Part shown: positions 38,206 through 48,495 of the stretch, in pieces
How positions within the stretch are numbered: position 1 is the first letter of the stretch
Layout: every line of letters begins with the position of its first letter
Assembly (NCBI GenBank): GCA_963827165.1
Contig: CAWGZR010000009.1
Span: 32,001-96,000, forward strand
Direction of reading: 5' to 3'
DNA length: 64,000 nt
From: Candidatus Bathyarchaeota archaeon
GTDB taxonomy: Archaea > Thermoproteota > Bathyarchaeia > Bathyarchaeales > Bathycorpusculaceae
The notes under the pieces: model-generated
What the model was told of the DNA's origin: nothing
Database searches by the model: none
The model's input: only the letters and a program-made list of their open reading frames with translations
Program-made: the position numbers and the translations under genes

Positions 38206-38628
38206 ATGAAAAAGTTTACGGGAAAAACCTCAACTGCGATAATCCCATTTCCCAAGGATAAGATTTTGCTTGTCAAAAGGGACACGGTGCCTTTCAAAGG
38301 CTACTGGGCGCTGCCCGGAGGCAGAATGGACCTAGGCGAAACCGTCGAGCAAACAATTGTTCGCGAGTGTAGGGAAGAAACGGGGCTTCAGGTAGAAATA
38401 ACCGGTAAAATAGGGGAGTATGTGGAGAAGGGAGTTAAGGATGATGTGGATTATGAGTATTACCCAACGTGCTTTTTAGTCAAGGTGGTCGGGGGAGAAA
38501 TAAGGCGGCAAGAAAGCGAAATCCAGGAAATACGGATTTTCAGTCTAAAGCGTCTGCCTAAGGTTTTGGCGTTTGAGCACTATAAAATGATTGAGGATTA
38601 CTTGAAAGCTGCGAAAGATTTTCTTTAG
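38206..38628 (+). CDS. Nudix hydrolase
   Basis: PGGRMDLGETVEQTIVRECREETG Nudix box; LAFEH. Confidence 0.93.
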   Translation: MKKFTGKTSTAIIPFPKDKILLVKRDTVPFKGYWALPGGRMDLGETVEQTIVRECREETGLQVEITGKIGEYVEKGVKDDVDYEYYPTCFLVKVVGGEIRRQESEIQEIRIFSLKRLPKVLAFEHYKMIEDYLKAAKDFL

Positions 38629-38715
38629 ATAAAGAATAATTGGATATTCTCATAGGCGTGTGCGAGTGAAATCATTTGATTTAGGTGGTTATTCTCCGGT
38701 GTCTCTTGCCTTGGT

Positions 38716-39195
38716 TTATTTGGAAGATCTAAACCTTCTTGGTTTCAGGTAGTTCCATGGTGCGTAGTGAAGGCCATAGAAGAAAACGAGTACGCCGAAA
38801 GCGATTATCGTAACTCCGACAACAATCGCTATGACAGCCAGAAATGCATCAGCTGCGATTATCCCGCTAGATGAAGCCTCTAGTGGCACTCCAAAAGTCA
38901 AAAATACGCCAAGGGCAAGTGCAGATGTGCCTAGAATTGCGAGACCTACGTCACTCTTTTTGACTCCATTAATCTTTCCGTAAACTGTTACAAAAGTAAG
39001 GAATGCAATTCCTGCTGCAAAAAGTGCAATGATCTCAACCCAATATACAGGCATAATGTGTACTGTAGGGTTCCCTTCGGCGTCATATATTGTTACGTTC
39101 TTAGTGAATTCAAAGAGGTAACTTGCTAACCCCCAAAGAACCACCCCAAGCGCAACGAAGCTGATTCTAATTTTTTGTAGGCTAATATTACTCAT
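38716..39195 (-). CDS. Four-TM hypothetical membrane protein
   Basis: Four hydrophobic segments; 4-nt overlap with the flavodoxin gene. Confidence 0.7.
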   Translation of the reverse strand: MSNISLQKIRISFVALGVVLWGLASYLFEFTKNVTIYDAEGNPTVHIMPVYWVEIIALFAAGIAFLTFVTVYGKINGVKKSDVGLAILGTSALALGVFLTFGVPLEASSSGIIAADAFLAVIAIVVGVTIIAFGVLVFFYGLHYAPWNYLKPRRFRSSK

Positions 39196-39614
39196 AGCTG
39201 CTTTTCCAATGCCTTCCTTATTTCACCAAGAACCTCTGAGAAATCTGCATCTTTATCAGGTTTCATCCCCTTTTTGGATACTTTCGCTACTGTCTTGTAG
39301 CCTTTGTTTTCCAGCTGCTTTTCGATTTTTTTCATTGCTCGCTCGTTTCCGAAGGCGCGGTAAGTGCAAAACAAGATGACCTTCTTTCCCTCTGCCATAG
39401 GCATGTTTTCAACAAAGGCTGTTGCTTCTTTCGCAGGGCTGGCGCCTTCAACAGGGTTACCGATAATTAAGACATCAAATTCTGCGAGTGCTGACGGCTG
39501 CGTTGATCCCATGTCGAAAATCGGCGCTTTGAACGCATCGGCTATTGCTTGGGCTAAACGTTTTGTGTTTCCCGTTCTTGAAAAGTAGACAATACACGGC
39601 TTCATAATTTCCAT
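39192..39614 (-). CDS. Flavodoxin family protein
   Basis: YFSRTGNTKRLA FMN-binding loop, GNPV, FCT. Confidence 0.88.
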   Translation of the reverse strand: MEIMKPCIVYFSRTGNTKRLAQAIADAFKAPIFDMGSTQPSALAEFDVLIIGNPVEGASPAKEATAFVENMPMAEGKKVILFCTYRAFGNERAMKKIEKQLENKGYKTVAKVSKKGMKPDKDADFSEVLGEIRKALEKQL

Positions 39615-39711
39615 TAGCGTTTAGTCGGTTAATATAACCTTCTATATAGTCCTCCAAGCATCGACGGTGTTAATTTTAATAGTTCAGCAATAATAGTTGG
39701 TTTGACCGAAA

Positions 39712-41487
39712 ATGATGGATTACGCGGTTATTGCCGAAGCTTACGAGAAAATTGAAGCAACCTCAAAACGGCTTGAAATGACCGATTTGCTAGTTGACCT
39801 ACTCAAGAGAACACCAAAAGACGTCATTGCAAAAGTCGTATATTTAACTCAAGGCAAACTGTACCCAGATTTCCTGGGCGTCGAAATGGGCGTCGCTGAA
39901 AAACTAGCCATCAGAGCATTAGCTCGTGCTGCTGGGCAAAGCGAAAGCCTAATCGAGTCGGAACTGCAGAAAAGCGGGGACATCGGCGAAACATCCCAGA
40001 AGCTCCTGTCAAAAAGGAAACAGTCAACCTTTTTCAACGTTAAGCTGACAGTGGAGCGGGTTTATGAGACCTTGGATAAGTTGGCTAAAACTTCAGGTTC
40101 TGGCGCAGTCGACACGAAAATGGCGATGCTATGCGGATTGTTAACTGATGCATCGCCAAATGAGGCGAAGTGGATTATTAGAACGGTAACTGGTAACCTG
40201 CGGCTTGGAATCGCGGACATGACCGTTCTTGATGCCTTAGCAATCGCGTACGCAGGGGGAAAAGAATCTCGGGAAATAGTTGAGCGAGCGTATAGTATTT
40301 CATCTGACCTTGGTAGAGTTGCAAACGTTGTGGTTGAACAAGGTCTAGAGGGAATTAGAAAATTCACAGTTATGGTTTTCGAGCCTATAAGGCCCATGCT
40401 GGCTGAAAGGTTAGCGTCACCTGAAGAAATCCTCGACAAGTTAGGAGGTAAATGCGCAGCCGAGTACAAGTACGATGGCGAACGTATCCAAGCTCATAAG
40501 AAAGGGGATAAAGTGATATTGTTTTCGCGACGTTTAGAAAATATTTCCAGCCAATACCCTGACGCGGTGGATTTAATCAAAGAAAAGATCTCTGCTAAAG
40601 AAGCCATTTTGGAAGCGGAATGCGTCGCAATGGATTTGGATACTGGCGACATGCGTCCTTTTCAGGAGCTTATGCACCGGAGGCGCAAATACGGCGTCGA
40701 AGAAGCCATTTCTCAATACCCGATTTCCCTTTTTCCCTTTGACTTGCTCTACGTGGACGGGGAAGACTTAACCCAAAAACCCCTCAGGGAAAGACGAAAA
40801 AAACTCCAATCCACCATTAAGGAAACTGACCGCGTTAAACCAGCTATCCAAAAAATCGTAAAGAATCCCAAGGAGCTTGAAGATTTCTTTGAAGAAGCAA
40901 TAGAGAAGGGCTGCGAAGGATTAATGTGCAAATCCATTGCGGATAACTCGCCTTACCAAGCAGGAAGCAGAGGTTGGCTATGGATAAAGTATAAACGCGA
41001 CTACAAAAGCGAAATGACAGATACCGTGGACTTGGTGGTTGTCGGCGCATTTCACGGTAGAGGAAAACGTGTGGGAACCTACGGCGCCCTGCTGTTGGCC
41101 ACATACAACAAAAAAGCGGACACTTTTGAAACCGTAACTAAATGCGGAACAGGATTCACCGACAAAGACCTCATAACACTTCGTGATACCCTAGCGAAAC
41201 ATCTGATTCCCCGCAAAAACACCCGCGTCCAATCCACATTGCAGGCTGACGTCTGGTTTGAACCTAGCTTGGTGCTTGACATTTTAGGCGCAGAAATCAC
41301 TCTTAGCCCAATCCACACATGCGCAATGAACTCAATTCGTAAAGGCAGCGGCTTAGCAATCCGTTTTCCGCGGTTCACAGGAAAATACCGAAACGACAAA
41401 GCCCCGGAAGACGCAACATCTTCAAAGGAAATCGTTGAAATGTATCGAGCGCAACTTAAGAAAATCAGCGAAACTCCTAACCCGTAA
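39712..41487 (+). CDS. lig: ATP-dependent DNA ligase, archaeal type
   Basis: EYKYDGER, EGLMCK, WIKYK, RFPRF. Confidence 0.97.
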   Translation: MMDYAVIAEAYEKIEATSKRLEMTDLLVDLLKRTPKDVIAKVVYLTQGKLYPDFLGVEMGVAEKLAIRALARAAGQSESLIESELQKSGDIGETSQKLLSKRKQSTFFNVKLTVERVYETLDKLAKTSGSGAVDTKMAMLCGLLTDASPNEAKWIIRTVTGNLRLGIADMTVLDALAIAYAGGKESREIVERAYSISSDLGRVANVVVEQGLEGIRKFTVMVFEPIRPMLAERLASPEEILDKLGGKCAAEYKYDGERIQAHKKGDKVILFSRRLENISSQYPDAVDLIKEKISAKEAILEAECVAMDLDTGDMRPFQELMHRRRKYGVEEAISQYPISLFPFDLLYVDGEDLTQKPLRERRKKLQSTIKETDRVKPAIQKIVKNPKELEDFFEEAIEKGCEGLMCKSIADNSPYQAGSRGWLWIKYKRDYKSEMTDTVDLVVVGAFHGRGKRVGTYGALLLATYNKKADTFETVTKCGTGFTDKDLITLRDTLAKHLIPRKNTRVQSTLQADVWFEPSLVLDILGAEITLSPIHTCAMNSIRKGSGLAIRFPRFTGKYRNDKAPEDATSSKEIVEMYRAQLKKISETPNP

Positions 41488-41558
41488 AATGCTCCTGGGA
41501 AAAAGCTATGCTAAGACTGATAAGCATCTACTGACAAAATAAGTGGCGTGGGATTGGT

Positions 41559-42221
41559 TTGTCGCAAGATCCAGAGAAAATGAAGTCGCTTATCGCTTTC
41601 AAGAAGAGGCTTGAAGACCAACTTGAAAAATTGGCCGCTGAATCCAAAGAAGTTCAGGATTCGTTGGACGCGGTTAACGAGATTTTGCTTGATAAGGGGT
41701 TTAGACGCCTAGACCTCAAAGATGCCGCTGCAACGTCGACGCCTCCGCCTAGTCCTAAAGAAGTTGTCTTGCCCAAATCAGGGCCTGAAGCACCAAAAGT
41801 TGTGATTCAACGACCGCCGGAGCAGGTAAAAACCGCTGAACCCCAGCAATCCCTGGAAAGGGAGCCCGTTATCCCCCTCAAAACCATGGCTGAAGAACCC
41901 TTAGCGCTGATAATCTTTGACAAGCAGGGAATGCATGTGTTGCCTGACGAAACCAAAAACTTCAGCGTCAACACCCTGCCCTTCAACAATTTCTTAGTTG
42001 AGAAAGTTTTCGCTAAAATGCAGGAGAAAGATGCTGAGTTAGTGAAGACCAAGCAGTTAACGCCGGATAAAGCGTTTTCCTTCAATGTTGTGCGTGAGGG
42101 CGATTTGATTAGGGAAATAGTGATTCGAAACGTCGACGAAGAAAGGCTCAAGGAGCTTAAGTCTAGCATCCGCTGGACTTTCGAGAAAATGCATGAAAAA
42201 ATGAAAAGTGCCCAAAGCTAA
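41559..42221 (+). CDS. Hypothetical protein (coiled-coil N-terminus, Pro-rich linker, globular C-terminus)
   Basis: Clean 220-aa ORF downstream of lig. Confidence 0.75.
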   Translation: MSQDPEKMKSLIAFKKRLEDQLEKLAAESKEVQDSLDAVNEILLDKGFRRLDLKDAAATSTPPPSPKEVVLPKSGPEAPKVVIQRPPEQVKTAEPQQSLEREPVIPLKTMAEEPLALIIFDKQGMHVLPDETKNFSVNTLPFNNFLVEKVFAKMQEKDAELVKTKQLTPDKAFSFNVVREGDLIREIVIRNVDEERLKELKSSIRWTFEKMHEKMKSAQS

Positions 42222-42544
42222 ACTAAATGTTTCTGAAAGGTCTCAGTTATTCTGTTTTTGGGGCACAAGCCAACTAGCCGTTCAGCTTCCTTGCCATCTT
42301 TGAATAGGATCATTGTTGGTATGCTGAAGACTTGGAAGCGTTCAGCCGTAGCTGAGTTCTCGTCGACATCAAGCTTGCCAACCAAAACCTTACCGCTAAA
42401 CTCCTTCGCTAACTCCACAATTGTCGGCGCTAAGGCTCGGCAGGGTCCACACCAATTCGCCCAAAAATCAACCAAAACAACCTTGTTTTTCTGTATTGTT
42501 TCTTCAAAATTTGCGTCTGTAACATGAAAAGGTTCAACACTCAT
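42218..42544 (-). CDS. trxA: Thioredoxin
   Basis: VDFWANWCGPC, SIPT; start ATG 42544 (MSVEPF). Confidence 0.95.
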   Translation of the reverse strand: MSVEPFHVTDANFEETIQKNKVVLVDFWANWCGPCRALAPTIVELAKEFSGKVLVGKLDVDENSATAERFQVFSIPTMILFKDGKEAERLVGLCPKNRITETFQKHLV

Positions 42545-42715
42545 AGTTAACAACACCTTATGACAATAATAATTTCCGGCACGTTTCATATAAACCGTTC
42601 GCGACGCGTTTTGAGCTTGTTCTCCCGCAAATCCTTCGCGGGGATTTTTTGGGTTTTGACTGCAACGCTTAAATGAGTTCGGTCTCCCTAAATTCATGTT
42701 AGAAGGCAGTTTTTT

Positions 42716-43222
42716 TTGAGCGTCAACTCCAATGAAACAGGGCGTTTCGCACACAGTTTGGATGCGGCTAAGAATTACGGTGAAGTCTGGCAGATCGTTA
42801 AGGAAACGGTGCAGTATGCTTTGGGCACAAGAAGAGATAGCATGATGCTGTTTTTGGATGATTTGCCCCTGCAGTTGGGAGCTTACTACCCCGTGGGAAC
42901 CAACAACATCGTTTTGAATAGGGCGCTGGTTGAAATTGTCGAGGCATCCGTAAGCTCCAAGCCAACGGTCAACGCCCTGGTTTACAACCTCCTTTTGCAC
43001 GAGTACCTGCATGCGCTAGGCGACTACACAGAAACTGGAGTCAGACGAGGAGTTGTCGACGTCGCAACGAAATGCTTCGGCCAAGAGCATATCGCGACAG
43101 TTGTTGCCCGCAAAAGTCCATGGGTGCTTCTAAAAGACATCCCGCTTGGGCCACGCACAGGACCTAAACGCGTCATGCAAATCGTTAAAGACTTCGAGAA
43201 AACAAGCAAATACATAGTATAA
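42716..43222 (+). CDS. Zincin-like metallopeptidase
   Basis: LLHEYLHALG (HExxH) with a downstream Glu. Confidence 0.75.
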   Translation: MSVNSNETGRFAHSLDAAKNYGEVWQIVKETVQYALGTRRDSMMLFLDDLPLQLGAYYPVGTNNIVLNRALVEIVEASVSSKPTVNALVYNLLLHEYLHALGDYTETGVRRGVVDVATKCFGQEHIATVVARKSPWVLLKDIPLGPRTGPKRVMQIVKDFEKTSKYIV

Positions 43223-43308
43223 GTCGGTGATGGCAGATTTCTGCGGAAATTTTTGTTTGTGTTTTGGGTTGCTTTTTTGCGGAAAAGCTTAAATCATCTG
43301 CAGGTTGC

Positions 43309-43398
43309 GTCAACTATAGTCTACTAAAGTCAACAAAAGTCTACTAAAGTCAATAGAAGTCAGCGAAAGTCTACTAACGTCAACTAAAGTCAACAGAC
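43309..43398. repeat. Tandem array of nine degenerate 10-bp units (GTCWACTAAA)
   Basis: gtcaactata gtctactaaa gtcaacaaaa gtctactaaa gtcaatagaa gtcagcgaaa gtctactaac gtcaactaaa gtcaacagac. Confidence 0.95.
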
Positions 43399-43868
43399 GC
43401 ATTTCCCTTCTGTCAGCTAAATTTTTCCGCCAACCCAACGTCGTACCCAGTTATGCGCATTAATTATTTTTAAGCAAATCTATGATGCTCGACGTCTTTG
43501 GATGGTACAACTATCAGTTTCCACATTGATTAGCGCTTGCGGGAAAGTTTCGTTTTCTTCATTGTATCTTTCAGGATGTCTGCGCTTATCACTTACCCAA
43601 GTTACTCTGTTTTCCATTATGTTTCACCCAAAGAGTACAGCATCCCATTAACTATAAGGAGATTGCAGCGTCCCAGGTAAGACAAACATTAACTCAAACA
43701 TCACTTCTGATCTTTCCATCAACAATCAGACCGTTCGATTTCGGTTTCTTGAAGTTCAATTTTTCCATCTTTAACGATTATCGCGTTAACTTTGCCGAAA
43801 AACTCAGTATATCCTATTACCTTATTTTCGGTCATGTATCTTCTATCACTTTTTATCAATTGCAGTAC

Positions 43869-45065
43869 TTAGCCTTTGCCACCTCTGTTCGTTTCTTTAC
43901 GGTATGGAGGGTTTAAGATTTTTCCGCGCTTTGAAGGAGCGGTCATTTTCTTTCTTGCAAACACAATAGATACTAGGATCAATACTGAAACAAGTAACAG
44001 AATTATCCAAAATGAAAACTCCGGAGTAGCAGTTTGCGAAATCAAGCTAAAATATTTGCTTAATGCAGGTTTGGGATTTGAATAAAAATCATATAGACCA
44101 AATGAGGTCGTATTGTAATCGTACAAATTATTGGCGACATTATTATCATTAAGTTCATACCAGAAGTATGCTTTTACGTGCTGAGATTTCAAAAGTGCGT
44201 AACTTGAACTGAGATAATCTGATTGTTCTTGTGGACTGTACGCGATGTCATCATATGGTTCCGAGTATTGTCCGGTTTCTGTAATCCAAACATCTTTTCC
44301 AGTAATCTCAGTAAATTTTCGAAGGGAACTTACATAGGAATCCCCAGCGTATTTTGCAGCATATTTTCCATATGGATAAGCGTGTAAAGCTACAGCATCG
44401 CAGTAGTTCATCCCGCCTAAATTGACGACGGTCTGGGCGAAGTTTTCCGAGTAATCAACCCACGTGTAACCAGATGGATATTGAACCAACGTCGTATTAG
44501 AGGGCCCATCTGTGCTTGTATAAAGGGGTAATCCGCCTAACCCCAGTACGGTAGCGTTTGGATAAACTGATTTAATTATGGGATAAGCGGTGCTCATTAA
44601 TTCTACATACTGTGCTGCAGTTCCATTGAATACGCCAAAGTAATTGGAACTGAAACATGGTTCATTCCATATTTCCCAAGCGGATATTCCGCTTCCATAC
44701 GTAGATATGGCTTCTGTAACTGCGTTTTCCCAATCAATTATTGAGAACGTGTGGTTGAAATTCATCGTCCATTGATCTAAGATTCCTAGAACCTGCAAAT
44801 GATTTTGCTGAGCTAAAGTATAAACAGTATTCCAATTACTCGCGCTTTGATTGAAATCTATATCGTCGCTGACCCAATTAACTCCATTTTCTGCTAATGT
44901 TGCTGCTTGTTCCGCGTTTAATTCATGGCACATTACGCCATTTATCATTGTAGGTGCTTTTTCTTGAGTGGAATTGGATTGGGCTATTAAGGTTGGCTGC
45001 AAAATCGGCATGCCTATCAGGAATAACGTTACAAAACCAATTAGCCCCAGTACACTTCTACGCAT
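43869..45065 (-). CDS. Surface-anchored clan GH-A glycoside hydrolase with a PEF-CTERM-like tail
   Basis: Signal peptide; WEIWNEP acid/base; HAYP; WITETG nucleophile; TPEF + TM + basic tail. Confidence 0.82.
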   Translation of the reverse strand: MRRSVLGLIGFVTLFLIGMPILQPTLIAQSNSTQEKAPTMINGVMCHELNAEQAATLAENGVNWVSDDIDFNQSASNWNTVYTLAQQNHLQVLGILDQWTMNFNHTFSIIDWENAVTEAISTYGSGISAWEIWNEPCFSSNYFGVFNGTAAQYVELMSTAYPIIKSVYPNATVLGLGGLPLYTSTDGPSNTTLVQYPSGYTWVDYSENFAQTVVNLGGMNYCDAVALHAYPYGKYAAKYAGDSYVSSLRKFTEITGKDVWITETGQYSEPYDDIAYSPQEQSDYLSSSYALLKSQHVKAYFWYELNDNNVANNLYDYNTTSFGLYDFYSNPKPALSKYFSLISQTATPEFSFWIILLLVSVLILVSIVFARKKMTAPSKRGKILNPPYRKETNRGGKG

Positions 45066-45311
45066 AAAGCTTTAGGCTTGTAAATAACTACTTAATCCTT
45101 CTCTTATTTCATCTCATCCCTGTGTTCAGAAACCTAAACAGGCTCTAAACTTGCTAAAATAAATTTCAGCTAACAAATACACCGATAATACTGCAAATAG
45201 CACGTATTTCAGAGCTTAGTCACGAAATCTGAACGAAAAAATAAGCGCTTAGTCAACAAACCTATACGAAAATCCTTTTATCGCTTTATCGGTTTTAGCA
45301 AATGGAAACGA

Positions 45312-46796
45312 ATGAAAAAGAAAAGAAACGTGGGTACATTAGCATTTGCATTTATTGCTATCTTGTGCCTATCGTTGTTCCCAGCATTTATGCCGAAGGT
45401 GAATGCTAAACAATCTTCCGGCGTTGGAGGTCCAACAGTCACTCAACTGTGGAAATTCACACCGATTTCGAGTGAAGTCTATACGCCTGTTGTAAAAGAT
45501 GGCTTCGTTTACGTGACCTCTCAGGACTATGGAGGTCTTCCTACAGGCATCATCTGCATTGGCGCTTCTACAGGCAATCAAATATGGAACCAAACTGGTC
45601 TATTCGACATGTTCACGGTTTCAAACGGCTACATTTACGTTGGCGATCAAAGTGTTGTTTCCTGCTTAAACGCTTACAACGGTGTCCGATTATGGAATTA
45701 TACTACCGGCAACGCAGTTTCTTCATCGCCTGTTGTTGTTGGAAGCACGGTCTTCGTTGATGGCTACAACCTTAACGGCAGAGGCGGCTTAGTTTATGCT
45801 TTTAACTCATCAACAGGAAAAGAAATATGGAGCTACTCAAGCCCAGCAGGCACACGTTTCGGTCCAATAAGTTTTACTCAAAACGGTAATGTTCTCGAAA
45901 CTTCTCTTGTAGTTTCGAGCGGATATGTATATGCAGTTAGCAGCGGTACTGTTTTCGCATTAAATGCTTCCACAGGCGAAGAAATATGGAACTACACAAC
46001 TTCAGGTCAGTTGAGTTCTCTTATTGCGGAGGGAAACAAAGTCTTTGTCAACTGCAACTACGCCAATGCCACCACTAATACGGAAGGAGACCTGCTTGCT
46101 CTTGAAGCTCAAAACGGCTTATTAATATGGAACCACACAAGCTCATATTCTGTTGGCTCATCCATATTTGCAAACGAGACTGTTTACGTTGTCTCGAGCA
46201 GCGATTTTGTGTATGCTCTTAATGCTTTAAATGGCGCAGTCATCTGGAATTATACAACCGACTCGAGCCTTGGTTCTGCCTTAATTGCCAACGATTATCT
46301 CTATGTCGCCTCTTCTGCAGGCGTGATCTGCTTTGATGCATCAAATGGTACAGTAATTTGGAACTTTGAAGCCCCTGACTTCGCTGATTCTTATGCTACT
46401 AATCCAACGTATGTTGACGGCGTAGTTTATGTGGGTTGGAATGGTCCAATGTTTTTTTCGCCTGTCACTCAGCATAATTTTTATGCACTTGATGGGTTGA
46501 GCGGCAAGAAGCTTTGGAACTACACAATTGGATCCACTGTCGCCTCTACTCCTGTGGTCGTCGGTGGCACCGTTTATATAGCCTCCAATTTCCTAACCGC
46601 CCAAAGCCCTGATTTGGTAGGAGCAGGTGCTGTTTTAGCTCTAAAACCGGAAATGAGATCTTCGCCATTTTCAACAACCGATGCCGCAATAATCGTGATA
46701 GTCATAGCCCTGATTCTAATTTCAACAGCCGTTTTCATGCATCGAAAAAAATTGAAAACTAAGCCTCACTGCCCAATGTCTCAACTACAAGGCTGA
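45312..46796 (+). CDS. Secreted PQQ-type beta-propeller repeat protein with a C-terminal TM anchor
   Basis: Repeated VY/ALNAxTG.xIWNY motifs; signal peptide. Confidence 0.88.
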   Translation: MKKKRNVGTLAFAFIAILCLSLFPAFMPKVNAKQSSGVGGPTVTQLWKFTPISSEVYTPVVKDGFVYVTSQDYGGLPTGIICIGASTGNQIWNQTGLFDMFTVSNGYIYVGDQSVVSCLNAYNGVRLWNYTTGNAVSSSPVVVGSTVFVDGYNLNGRGGLVYAFNSSTGKEIWSYSSPAGTRFGPISFTQNGNVLETSLVVSSGYVYAVSSGTVFALNASTGEEIWNYTTSGQLSSLIAEGNKVFVNCNYANATTNTEGDLLALEAQNGLLIWNHTSSYSVGSSIFANETVYVVSSSDFVYALNALNGAVIWNYTTDSSLGSALIANDYLYVASSAGVICFDASNGTVIWNFEAPDFADSYATNPTYVDGVVYVGWNGPMFFSPVTQHNFYALDGLSGKKLWNYTIGSTVASTPVVVGGTVYIASNFLTAQSPDLVGAGAVLALKPEMRSSPFSTTDAAIIVIVIALILISTAVFMHRKKLKTKPHCPMSQLQG

Positions 46797-46916
46797 TTAA
46801 CAATGAAAATGGAATCTATGGATTTGGAGGATTGGCAGGTTGAGTCAAAAAATCGACAGAACCCCATCAAATCCAGAAAAATGCGTACACAAAGCGTATC
46901 AAGGTTTCAAAAGTTA

Positions 46917-47333
46917 TCAGGTTTCTTTTTCGTTGATCGCCATAATTGAAAACTTTATCTGCTTTACAGGTTTGTTTGCTTTCAACCCGTCAATTAAGCC
47001 TCTAAGCCTCTCTGAGGAGCCCTTGACAACCATGACTTCAAGGCAACTTGTCTCCGACAGATGCGCATGCAAATATGCGGTAATCATATCGTCAAACTCA
47101 TGCTGAAGCTTGAAAAGCTCCTTGTTTTGCTCCGCCTTATCGTAGAGAACCGTGATTGTCGCTATGACGTTTCCCCGGATTTTCTCCAGTTCACTGTACT
47201 GCGTGAGATACATTCGGACTGCTTGTCGGACAACTTCGGATCGATTTGCGCTTCGGTCTTCGCCCAAAACCGTGTCCAGCTCTTCAAGCAGCTCACTTGG
47301 TAATGAAAGACTGATAATGCTCACATAATTCAC
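46917..47333 (-). CDS. nikR: NikR-family ribbon-helix-helix regulator
   Basis: ISLSLP, NRSEVVRQA, LQHEF, HAHL, CLEV (His/His/His/Cys metal site). Confidence 0.82.
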   Translation of the reverse strand: MNYVSIISLSLPSELLEELDTVLGEDRSANRSEVVRQAVRMYLTQYSELEKIRGNVIATITVLYDKAEQNKELFKLQHEFDDMITAYLHAHLSETSCLEVMVVKGSSERLRGLIDGLKANKPVKQIKFSIMAINEKET

Positions 47334-47559
47334 CCTAAGCTTAATTTCTTCTTTCTATTGGGTTTGCTTGACTTAAATATTGCCATTTTAATTTGTAAGA
47401 ATCAGGCGTTTCCCACGCAGGCAAGAAAATTGCCTAAAATTGCTTTATCGTTTTAAGTAAGTGATTTTGACTTGTTTCTTAAAAAAGACTGATTTTTTCG
47501 TTATTAAAAAAAACACAAAACTTAATAAAGTCTCTGAGAGTTCAAATATGTGGAAATAA

Positions 47560-48492
47560 ATGAAAAAAACTACCTATATAATAGTCGCAGTTTTGGTCAT
47601 AGTAATTGTACTTGCAGCCTTCATAGGCTTTTACCTCTCAGGCAACCCTAATGCAAACTCAAATTCAACGTCCAACGTCATAAAAGTAGTTGCCGCCGAA
47701 AATTTTTGGGGCAGCTTGGTAACTCAACTTGGCGGAACGCGCGTTAGTGTAACGAGTATCGTTTCAGACCCAAATACTGATCCTCATGAATACGAAAGCA
47801 ATGCAGCCAACGCCGTGGCAATTGCAAATGCCCAATTTGTTATAGTCAACGGAGCCGGATATGACACCTGGGCGCTACAACTTATAGCTGCAAGCAATAC
47901 TCCACATCAAGTAGTTTTAAACGTACAAGAGCTCATTGGCCAACCAGTTGGTGCCAATCCTCACTTCTGGTACAGCCCTACATATGTGAATGAAACAGTG
48001 GCAGCTATGTATAACAACCTTGTATCCATGGATCCCTCTCACACATCATATTATACCCAGCAGTATGCTGCATTAAATGCATCTCTTGGAGTATACATGG
48101 CACGCGAGGCTGAGATAAAGCAACAGTTCGGAGGCGTAAAAGTGGCGTCAACAGAGAGCATTTTTGAATATATGGCAACCCCTTGCGGTCTCGATTTAGT
48201 TTCTCCTCCAGCTTTCATGGAAGCAGTAGCTGAAGGAAACGATCCCCCAGCGCAGAGTATCGTGCAGTTCCAGAACCTGATTACAAACGGAACTGTTACA
48301 GTGTTGGTCTACAATGAGCAGACAGTTACGCCGCTTACGCAGAGCATCAAGGCACTAGCTGCCCAACAAGGGATTCCAATCGTCGGCGTAACAGAGACCA
48401 TACAACCACCCGATGTCGCGTTCCAAGTCTGGATGGAGTCAGAGTTAATCACTCTTCAAAACGCACTAAACGCAAACGCTCTGGGGCAATAG
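47560..48492 (+). CDS. Zn/Mn ABC transporter substrate-binding protein (ZnuA/TroA family)
   Basis: DPHEYE, NGAGYD, NPHFWY, YNEQT, VTET. Confidence 0.88.
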   Translation: MKKTTYIIVAVLVIVIVLAAFIGFYLSGNPNANSNSTSNVIKVVAAENFWGSLVTQLGGTRVSVTSIVSDPNTDPHEYESNAANAVAIANAQFVIVNGAGYDTWALQLIAASNTPHQVVLNVQELIGQPVGANPHFWYSPTYVNETVAAMYNNLVSMDPSHTSYYTQQYAALNASLGVYMAREAEIKQQFGGVKVASTESIFEYMATPCGLDLVSPPAFMEAVAEGNDPPAQSIVQFQNLITNGTVTVLVYNEQTVTPLTQSIKALAAQQGIPIVGVTETIQPPDVAFQVWMESELITLQNALNANALGQ

Positions 48493-48495
48493 ACA

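Noticed and set aside
42545-43012. Long N-terminal extension on thioredoxin (likewise on DnaK 54363-54455, rubrerythrin 50815-50889 and CbiD 24283-24342)
   Set aside because: These are longest-ORF artefacts, mostly overlapping real neighbours; family-typical starts lie downstream.
43309-43398. CRISPR array
   Set aside because: The units are 10 bp and contiguous with no unique spacers; no cas genes are present.
43400-43860. Decayed gene downstream of the repeat array
   Set aside because: Only short interrupted frames, with no recognisable family.
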